Assembly: GCA_951406725.2 (NCBI GenBank)
Contig: OX597817.1
Coordinates: 175,336,001 to 175,400,000, forward strand
Source: Octopus vulgaris
Taxonomy: Eukaryota
DNA: 64,000 nt
Reading direction: 5' to 3'
The position numbers and the translations under genes are program-made. Shown piece after piece: positions 45,421-53,365 of this stretch (positions are counted from its first letter, which is position 1; each line of letters begins with the position of its first letter). The notes beneath the pieces are model-generated. The model was not told where the DNA came from. It saw only the letters and a list, made by a program, of their open reading frames with translations, and did no database searches.

Positions 45421-45820
45421 TAAACAACTGAGCATGTCCCTTAGTGGCTGACGATATGTGCATCTCTGATCACGAGCAGAAGTAGTGGAAGAGCATCATA
45501 GCCATGTGTTGAGAGGGATTCTTTGGGGTTTGAATAATTCACCTATGGAAACATGGGTGGTTCTTTCAACATCCTTAAATAACCCTTATTCAGGGACCTT
45601 TTGAGCGGGATGGGCTACTCAACCTGAAGAAAATTCTAACTGGGCCCCACCTGCAAGGTCATGTGCTGTTTATCTTGATATGAGATCACCATGTCGCGCA
45701 CATATGGTTGTGATGCATGTGCCTGGTGTACCCTTATCAGACGGGTAGTCATGATGAGTATATTGGGCTTCGTATATTTTACCCCAGTGTCACTTTGATG
45801 GCATGACTGCTCTCTCACTC
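45421..45820 (+). mobile_element. Second copy of the (TAA)n-embedded non-coding repeat
   Basis: Reverse complement of about 18882-19270; (TAA)n on both sides. Confidence 0.65.
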
Positions 45821-45859
<39 letters not shown>

Positions 45860-45884
45860 GATGATGATGATGATGATGATGACG

Positions 45885-45972
<88 letters not shown>

Positions 45973-45998
45973 TGATGAGGATGATGATGATGATGATG

Positions 45999-46063
<65 letters not shown>

Positions 46064-46254
46064 TGATAATAATAATAATAATAATTAAAAAAAAAATTTT
46101 TTTTAGACATTCACTAGTACAACACTGAATACAAAACCAAATATATGGCACACTAGGCATAACAACAACATGAACTTCCAACCTGTTGTCTCTTGAGGTC
46201 TCTGGGTGAGACTTGGAGCCAACTTGTACAAATATAAAGCAAAAGTCAAACATG

Positions 46255-46330
<76 letters not shown>

Positions 46331-46435
46331 AATAATAATAATAATAATAACAACAAGAACAACAACAACAACAACAACAACAATAACAATAATAATAATA
46401 ATAATAACAACAACAACAACAACAACAACAACAAT

Positions 46436-46524
<89 letters not shown>
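45821..46524. repeat. Compound (TAA)n/(TGA)n/(CAA)n array with a ~150-bp insert at 46110-46256 (possible LINE 3' UTR)
   Basis: Repeats directly visible; identity of the insert is tentative. Confidence 0.85.
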
Positions 46525-46527
<3 letters not shown>

Positions 46528-46901
46528 CTTTTTTCTATAATACGTACAAGGTTTAGAGAAGGGCTAGATGATTGCATCGACTCCAGTACTCGATTGGTGC
46601 TTTATTTTATCGACCACGAAACGATGAAAGTAGATCTGAGCAGAATCTGAACTCAACGCAAAGATTCGGACGAAATACTTCGAACTATTCTGGCCGGATG
46701 AAGATGTTAATGGGGACAACAACAACAACAACAACAACAACAAAAACAACAAAAACAACAACAACAGCAGCAGTCGTCCAAGAATTTGGACCTGGAGATC
46801 ACCATTTCCAGCGACCAAAGTTTTTTTTCCCTCAGAGTCTGGGGTCTCCCGTCCCTAAGCCCTAGACAATCACCTAATCACCCTTACCCATCTTGTTGCT
46901 T

Positions 46902-46938
<37 letters not shown>

Positions 46939-47262
46939 GCAGCAGATTCCGCATGGATGGTTGTTAACGTAATTATAATATTCAAAATGATTTCAAAAAT
47001 CATCAAAATGAAAACGAAATTTAACAGGAAAACGAAGAAAGTGTTGTTTTATGAGCTGCAGTGTATAACCACGCATATTTTGTGTACTACATGTGATTAT
47101 CACATAAACTATATTGTTGAAATAACACACATATGTACATAGAATGAGGTTAACGTGGAAGACAAACAAAGCAATGGCACAAACTGTTGAATACAAACAA
47201 AACAACAGGAAAGGAATGGCACAGTAAATAAGTACAACTGATACGCAGTTTGCTATTTGTGC

Positions 47263-47295
<33 letters not shown>

Positions 47296-47770
47296 ATGTT
47301 CAACGTATACACACGAAAATACTGGAGACAAACAAACGAAACAGACTGTCTAAAAATAAAACCCACGCTATTTAAATAAAGATGAATAAAATATACCCAA
47401 GAATAAATCAATCAGTAAAGAAAACAATGGTGAATTTCGTAGTATGTAATTATTAGGTAATTCACAGGCGGTGTCCTGTTAAAAGAATAATGCCCTAACA
47501 GAAATACCCGCCATTTAATGTCAGCATCCAAAATAGAAACAAAATTAAAAAAGAACTCTGGACCAATGAAGATTTGCTTAAAACACGTCAATATTTCATA
47601 GAAAACACTTAAGTATTATAAAAGACACATGAGTTACGGAGAAAAAAAGAACAACTTGGGGAAAATATTACAACAATACTCTGACGAACGTAGGGAGATT
47701 AGTATCAATCAATAAGATCCTCCGGATACTGAAATAGAGAGGTTTATACATAAAATATGCACTGAAAATA

Positions 47771-48854
47771 TCAGGTCATCCTATAAGTTCTGTCCGAATT
47801 TTGAATAAAGAAAACAAGTGATCAAATGTTATATTTAATTGAAATTTAATCATCATTGCACCTTCTCTGATTATCTATGACTTTCTTCCATCTATTTACA
47901 AGCATTTTAATCCCATAAATGTAAAACTCTTTTGGTTTCAAAGCGAAGAACTCTGAAATGTAAGTTTCGACCTCCTCCTGGCTTACGAAAGTTATGTCCC
48001 CCAAATGATTCTGTAAACTACGAAACAAATGGTAGTATGAAGGAGCAAGGTCGGGAGAATAAGGTGGATGAGGAATTTTTCCCAACCAAGCTCTTCGATC
48101 TTCTGTGATGTGATCATTGCAGTGTGGGGTCGCGCATTGTCCTGGTAAAAAATCACTCCTTTTCGATTCACTAAAGCGGGTCTTTTTTTCTTCAAAGCTT
48201 GGTCCAAACGCTCTAATTGCTGATAGTAGATTTGAGCATTGATTGTTGCATTAGGTGGTAACAATTAAAAGTGAATTACTCCTTTGCGATCCCACCAGAT
48301 AGAGGGAAGAACTTTTTTCCATGAAGTTCCCTTCTTGGTTGCGGTTGAGCTGTTTCCCTTTTACCAAGCCACTGTTTATGACGTTTAACATTTCGATAGA
48401 AGATCCACTTTTCGTCACCAGTCACAAGTCTATCGAAAAAGGGTGAAATGAGTTCGCGAGAATGGAGAGAAGAACAGATGTCAACTCGGGATTTGCGGTT
48501 GCTTTTGGACAATTCATGAGGCACCCATTTTCCAAGTTGTTGAAGATGACGATGAACAGTTGTATGGTTTGAACTAAGCTTTATTGCCAATTCTTCAACT
48601 GATAATGCAGGTTTTTCTTCAAGTAATGCCTCAAGGAGCTTATCATCAAACTCAACTGGACGTCCTGTTCGATCTTCATCTTCAAGGCTGAAATCTCCAC
48701 TAAAGAATTTTGCAAACTATCTTCTGCAAGTTCTTTCATTCAAACATTCTTTCCCATAAACTGAGTGTATGCTTCGAGTGGCTTCGGCTGTAGAGTTTCC
48801 TTTTTTGTACTCATAGAGCATTATGTGCCTCAAATGCTCTTTGGATACTTCCAT
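47771..48854 (-). mobile_element. Degenerate mariner (Mos1/SETMAR-like) transposon, frameshifted transposase; only one TIR recognised
   Basis: MEVSKEHLRHIMLYEY start at 48854; WVPHEL, VTGDEKW, QDNARPH, HPPYSPDLAPS motifs in different frames; TA+TCAGGTCATCCTATAAGTTCTGTCCG at 47769. Confidence 0.9.
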
Positions 48855-49104
48855 GTTAGAAAGGGTTTTAATCAAAGAAATTTTGATTCTATTATTCTGT
48901 AAAATAATATTTAATTAGTTTAAATGTAGACAAATGCATAAAAATAATTTTTAATTCCATTAGACATAATAAAACACTATTTACCTACTATACAATGAAA
49001 TGAAAACGTCTCAACAAAATCCAGAGCATACAAAACATGTAACATCCCACAAAAGAAGAACAGCAACACAACTGAGATGTTCACATCTGCGAACTAAAAC
49101 AAAG

Positions 49105-49381
49105 TGTGGTGTGGTGATGAGGGAGTGTGACAGAGAGGGAGGGAGCGGAAGTGGGTCTTGCAGGTCTCGCAGGGCGCATGCGCCGGCGGAAGCGGAAGTC
49201 AGCGACAGAACGCACGTGCGGCATCGACCAGGGCAGTCAGACTCGAGAACGACGCCAAGACGACAAGACGCTAGCAAGTTGGCTCAAGGCGAATCCGGCT
49301 TCATCTCTACAGGTAAGACCAAATTACACTTCTAATTCTTTTTCTTGTTCTGTTACGCTCCTTTTCACCACACGTATCACA
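49105..49381 (+). repeat. 5' LTR (277 bp)
   Basis: Starts TGTGGTGTGG, ends GTATCACA; matches 53089-53365 except T49343 vs C53327. Confidence 0.97.
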
Positions 49382-49393
49382 AGCTATTTCGGC
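49382..49393 (+). promoter_or_regulatory. Non-canonical primer-binding site AGCTATTTCGGC, complementary to nt 1-12 of tRNA-Phe(GAA)
   Basis: Abuts the LTR's terminal CA; reverse complement GCCGAAATAGCT is the 5' end of vertebrate/Drosophila tRNA-Phe as I recall it; no TGG-type PBS present. Confidence 0.8.
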
Positions 49394-49435
49394 AAAAATA
49401 ATCACTCGGTTTCGTGAAAATAAAAAATAAAAATT

Positions 49436-50191
49436 ATGCAGACTGCTATGATTTCACGCGACCCTATAACACCGTTTTGCGGCGACACCGACGTGGTCGC
49501 TTGGTTGAGGAGGGTGAAGTTGGTGGCGAAGCTACACGGCATAGCTGACCTGGCTAGTTTTATGCCGTTGTATTTGGATGGCCCGGCGTTGGCGTTATAT
49601 CTGGAGATGGAGGAAGCGGACCAACGCAGCGCGGACAAGGTGGAGATCCGACTTATGGAGGCCTTCGCGGAAGGAATGTTCGAAGCGTACACTCGACTGG
49701 GTAGGATGAGGTGGACAGGACAGCAGGTGGACGTGTTCGCCGGCGAGCTTAGAAGGTTGGCAAAACTTGCGGGATATGAGGGAGAGTCGCTAGAACGCAC
49801 GGTCAGGTTAGCGTTCGTGACCGGCTTTCCCGACATCATGTCGGTCGAGCTACAGAAGCTCCCGAACGTGCGTTCGATGCCGATGGCCGAGATTATATCG
49901 CGGGCACGTGTACTGGTGTCGTGCAGCAGGTCGACGTCGGTAGCAGCGACTGCAACGTCGAAAAGTGGCCCAGCTAGGAGCAACGGAGAGGGGCTGGGGA
50001 AAGAACGCGTGCGGTCGTTTAAGGGACAGTGTTTCCGGTGCCAGGGCCCACACATGGTCCGTGACTGCGCGTCGCCCAAGCCCGAGGTGATTTGCTACCG
50101 GTGCCGAGAGCCGGGGCATGTGGCCAGCGAGTGTCTGCGGGGAAACGGACCGCGGGTGACTACTGCGCCGGTAGTTGTCCCTTTGGATTAG
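49436..50191 (+). CDS. gag: Gag (251 aa) with two C-terminal zinc knuckles
   Basis: CFRCQGPHMVRDC and CYRCREPGHVASEC; ATG 54 nt after the 5' LTR. Confidence 0.92.
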   Translation: MQTAMISRDPITPFCGDTDVVAWLRRVKLVAKLHGIADLASFMPLYLDGPALALYLEMEEADQRSADKVEIRLMEAFAEGMFEAYTRLGRMRWTGQQVDVFAGELRRLAKLAGYEGESLERTVRLAFVTGFPDIMSVELQKLPNVRSMPMAEIISRARVLVSCSRSTSVAATATSKSGPARSNGEGLGKERVRSFKGQCFRCQGPHMVRDCASPKPEVICYRCREPGHVASECLRGNGPRVTTAPVVVPLD

Positions 50192-53052
50192 TAGCGGCGC
50201 GTTTCTCATCGTTACCTGTGGTCGACATTCTGGTGAAGGGGAAGATGTCGCGAGCCCTGGTGGACACGGGCTGTACGACGACCCTGATGACCACAGAAGT
50301 GGCAGAGACGTGGAGTGGAGGAAGCAGTGTCAGGGCAGTCGACGGAAGAGAAGTGCACTGCGAAGGGGTTACGGATGCGCAGATCGTGGTGCAGGGACTG
50401 CAGCTGACGTTGCGAGCGATTGTGGTCGGTCACTTGGTGGACGAGATCGACGTGGTGATGGGGATGGATGCGATCACCCGTCTGGGAGGTGTTACCGTCA
50501 ACGAGACTGGCGTAACGTTTGGGCTAGCAGGGAAGCCGTGTAGGGCGACACCACGCACCGACAACGACCGTGAGGAAATGGATGCGGCGCACACCATTGA
50601 AGACCAGGATTTTCGGGCTGTCTTTGATGGCGAGAGGTGGACAGTGGAGTGGCACTGGAAGGGAGAGCCCCCGATGTTAAAGAACAAAGTGGGCTGCTAT
50701 CAGCATACTCTAAAAGGAGATGCCAGAAGTGAGTTCGAGGGGGAGGTGGAGCGGTGGATTAAGGAGGGCATACTGATCCCCTGGGAAAAAGAAGAGAGCG
50801 GAGTCCTGCCACTGATGGCGGTGATACAGCCCACAAAGCGTAAGGTCAGGCCAGTGCTCGACTTCCGAGAGCTGAATGACCACGTGTCGTGTCATACAGG
50901 CGGCGAGGCCACGGATGTCTGCGGAGACACCTTGCGAGAGTGGAGGCAGACGGCGGGGGCCTCCACGATTGTCGATTTGAAGTCGGCATACCTTCAGGTT
51001 CATGTGGCTGAGAAACTATGGAGGTACCAGCTCGTCAGGTATAGGGGCCGGACGTACTGTCTGACCAGGTTGGGATTCGGGCTGAATTCAGCTCCGAAGA
51101 TTATGGCAACAATTCTCAAGGCCGTCCTGGGGAAGGTGGACAGAGTAAAAAGGGCCACCAATTCATACATCGACGACATTCTGGTGGATGAAACCGTGAT
51201 ACCAGCAACGGAGGTCATAGGCCACCTGAAGAGTTTTGGACTGATCGCCAAGCCGCCAGAGGCTATGGAGGGAGGTGCTGCACTGGGCCTCAAGCTATGG
51301 AGAGACAAAGCCGGCGCCTTGGTGTTCCGGCGAGGGAATGAGATCCCTGAACTGGGCGCCAGCATGAGTAGACGGGAGCTGTTCTCTGTGTGTGGGAAGC
51401 TGGTGGGACACTACCCGATTGCAGGCTGGCTCCGGACAGCATGCAGCTTCATCAAGAGACGAGCCGAAGGAGTGAAGTGGAATGACAAAGTGGGGGAGAG
51501 GACGATCGACATGATGCAGGAAGTCCTGGTCAGAGTAAGAGCAGAGGACCCGGTGAGGGGCAGCTGGTACGTTCCCAAATCAAAGAGCGGGATCGTATGG
51601 TGTGACGCCAGTAGCATCGCAATAGGGATTGTCTTGGAAGTGGGAGGTGTCACGGTGGAAGATGCAGCCTGGCTCAGGAAGATGGATGACTGCAGTCACA
51701 TCAACGTGGCGGAGTTGGAAGCCGTGCTGGAGGGGGTGAACCTAGCCTTGAAGTGGGGGTTGCACACCATAGAAATCAGGACTGATTCGGCCACTGTACT
51801 TGGTTGGGCGACGGCAGTCATCACCGATGAGCGGAGGGTGCGGACCAAAGGGGCTGCAGAGATGCTGGTAAAGCGTCGATTGGGGATACTGCGTGAACTG
51901 ACCACTGAGTTCAATCTGAAGCTGAGCGTGATCTTTGTGCCTTCCGAGAAGAACAGGGCAGACGTCCTGACCAGGGTTAAGCGAGCCTGGTTGCAAGTGC
52001 CAGAGGACGCGAAGCAGGATGTAGCTGCAGTATGCCATCTGAGCGACTCGGAGTTGCGGAGACTGCACACCATGCATCACATGGGTGTGGACAGGACGTT
52101 GTTCCTGGCCAGAAAAGTCGACTCCGACGTAACAAGACAGAGCGTGCGGAGAGTGGTTAGCAGTTGCGACAGGTGCCAGTCCATCGACCCTGCTCCGGTC
52201 GTGCATGAAGCGGGAAGTATTCCAGTGGACCAGGACTGGAGACGACTGGCGGTGGACATAACACACTACCGGCAGGGGACATACCTCTCAATGGTTGACT
52301 GCGGACCGGGGCGGTTCGCCATATGGAGGGAGATGAGGTCAGGAACCGCAGAAGAAATTGCGAAAGTGCTGAACGAGATATTCCTGGAACGAGGCCCCGT
52401 GGATGAACTGCTTCTGGACAACGGCACTGCATTTCGCTCGGAGGCGCTGAGAGAAATGCTTGATGAGTGGAAGGTCAACCGCTTCTTCAGGGCGGCATAC
52501 CGGCCAAGTGGAAACGGGGTGGTGGAAAGGCATCATCGTACCATCAAGGCCATGGCTGAGAGGGGTCACATTTCACCAGTCGAGGCCGTGTTTTGGTACA
52601 ACATGTCGCCCAGATCAGGACAGGCCGAGGAGTCGGTGCCACACAGGGCAATATTCAGGTACGAGTGGAGGCATCCGTGTACTACATCAATGCGACCCGG
52701 GGCAGAGGAAGAGCACGCCTTCGTGCAGGTCGGGGAGGAAGTCTGGGTGAAACCCCCGAACGCACGGTGTACATCGCAATGGGGAAAGGGGACAATAACC
52801 TCCGTAAATTCAAAGAACAACATCTCGGTAGATGGTATGCCACGCCACGTTTTGGACATACGGAGGATTGTCCATGCCCCGGAGGATGGGACAAGCAACA
52901 GTGGGCAAGACGATAACAACAGACAGGATGACGAGGTCGGCAGCAACACGCCAGAAACAAGTCCTAGGGTCGCACTGCGACCACAGAGGGAGCGGCACCC
53001 TCCTCCCTGGTTGGCTGACTACGAAACCAGTTTCAGGTGCGGGAGCGAGTGA
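50092..53052 (+). CDS. pol: Pol polyprotein (protease, RT, RNase H, integrase), likely made as Gag-Pol by -1 frameshift near 50140-50146
   Basis: ALVDTGC (PR); DLKSAYLQV, RLGFGLNSAP, YIDD (RT); WCDAS/AELEA/RTDS/NRADVLTR (RNase H); H..H..CDRC, AVDITH, LLDNG, GVVERHHRTIK (IN); open frame has no ATG at its start and is -1 relative to gag. Confidence 0.95.
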   Translation: MLPVPRAGACGQRVSAGKRTAGDYCAGSCPFGLVAARFSSLPVVDILVKGKMSRALVDTGCTTTLMTTEVAETWSGGSSVRAVDGREVHCEGVTDAQIVVQGLQLTLRAIVVGHLVDEIDVVMGMDAITRLGGVTVNETGVTFGLAGKPCRATPRTDNDREEMDAAHTIEDQDFRAVFDGERWTVEWHWKGEPPMLKNKVGCYQHTLKGDARSEFEGEVERWIKEGILIPWEKEESGVLPLMAVIQPTKRKVRPVLDFRELNDHVSCHTGGEATDVCGDTLREWRQTAGASTIVDLKSAYLQVHVAEKLWRYQLVRYRGRTYCLTRLGFGLNSAPKIMATILKAVLGKVDRVKRATNSYIDDILVDETVIPATEVIGHLKSFGLIAKPPEAMEGGAALGLKLWRDKAGALVFRRGNEIPELGASMSRRELFSVCGKLVGHYPIAGWLRTACSFIKRRAEGVKWNDKVGERTIDMMQEVLVRVRAEDPVRGSWYVPKSKSGIVWCDASSIAIGIVLEVGGVTVEDAAWLRKMDDCSHINVAELEAVLEGVNLALKWGLHTIEIRTDSATVLGWATAVITDERRVRTKGAAEMLVKRRLGILRELTTEFNLKLSVIFVPSEKNRADVLTRVKRAWLQVPEDAKQDVAAVCHLSDSELRRLHTMHHMGVDRTLFLARKVDSDVTRQSVRRVVSSCDRCQSIDPAPVVHEAGSIPVDQDWRRLAVDITHYRQGTYLSMVDCGPGRFAIWREMRSGTAEEIAKVLNEIFLERGPVDELLLDNGTAFRSEALREMLDEWKVNRFFRAAYRPSGNGVVERHHRTIKAMAERGHISPVEAVFWYNMSPRSGQAEESVPHRAIFRYEWRHPCTTSMRPGAEEEHAFVQVGEEVWVKPPNARCTSQWGKGTITSVNSKNNISVDGMPRHVLDIRRIVHAPEDGTSNSGQDDNNRQDDEVGSNTPETSPRVALRPQRERHPPPWLADYETSFRCGSE
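50140..50200 (+). promoter_or_regulatory. -1 programmed ribosomal frameshift signal: G GGA AAC heptamer plus H-type pseudoknot
   Basis: Heptamer 50140-50146 in gag frame; 7-nt spacer; stem 1 GGGTGACTAC (50154-63)/GTAGTTGTCCC (50171-81); stem 2 GCGCCG (50165-70)/CGGCGC (50195-200). Confidence 0.82.
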
Positions 53053-53079
53053 GGAAGCCGGTTCAGTGATCTATAGATC

Positions 53080-53088
53080 AGGGGGGCG
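53080..53088 (+). promoter_or_regulatory. Short polypurine tract AGGGGGGCG
   Basis: G-run directly 5' of the 3' LTR's TG. Confidence 0.75.
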
Positions 53089-53365
53089 TGTGGTGTGGTG
53101 ATGAGGGAGTGTGACAGAGAGGGAGGGAGCGGAAGTGGGTCTTGCAGGTCTCGCAGGGCGCATGCGCCGGCGGAAGCGGAAGTCAGCGACAGAACGCACG
53201 TGCGGCATCGACCAGGGCAGTCAGACTCGAGAACGACGCCAAGACGACAAGACGCTAGCAAGTTGGCTCAAGGCGAATCCGGCTTCATCTCTACAGGTAA
53301 GACCAAATTACACTTCTAATTCTTTTCCTTGTTCTGTTACGCTCCTTTTCACCACACGTATCACA
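53089..53365 (+). repeat. 3' LTR (277 bp)
   Basis: Direct repeat of 49105-49381 followed by TSD CAAAG. Confidence 0.97.

Larger units (their letters stand above)
49105..53365 (+). mobile_element. Intact compact LTR retrotransposon (gag; pol with PR-RT-RNaseH-IN), 4261 bp, 5-bp TSD CAAAG
   Basis: TG...CA LTRs at 49105-49381 and 53089-53365; CAAAG at 49100-49104 and 53366-53370; two uninterrupted ORFs; G-rich tract before the 3' LTR. Confidence 0.97.

Noticed and set aside
49382-49420. Canonical tRNA 3'-end PBS or Tf1-type self-priming
   Set aside because: No TGG start, and I found no GCCGAAATAGCT-like complement within the LTR. The nearby ATCACTCGGTTTCG resembles the tRNA-Phe 3' arm only weakly.
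49402-50079. 225-aa antisense ORF and other overlapping ORFs in the LTR element
   Set aside because: Expected shadow ORFs in GC-rich coding DNA; no recognisable domain and no env-like ORF.
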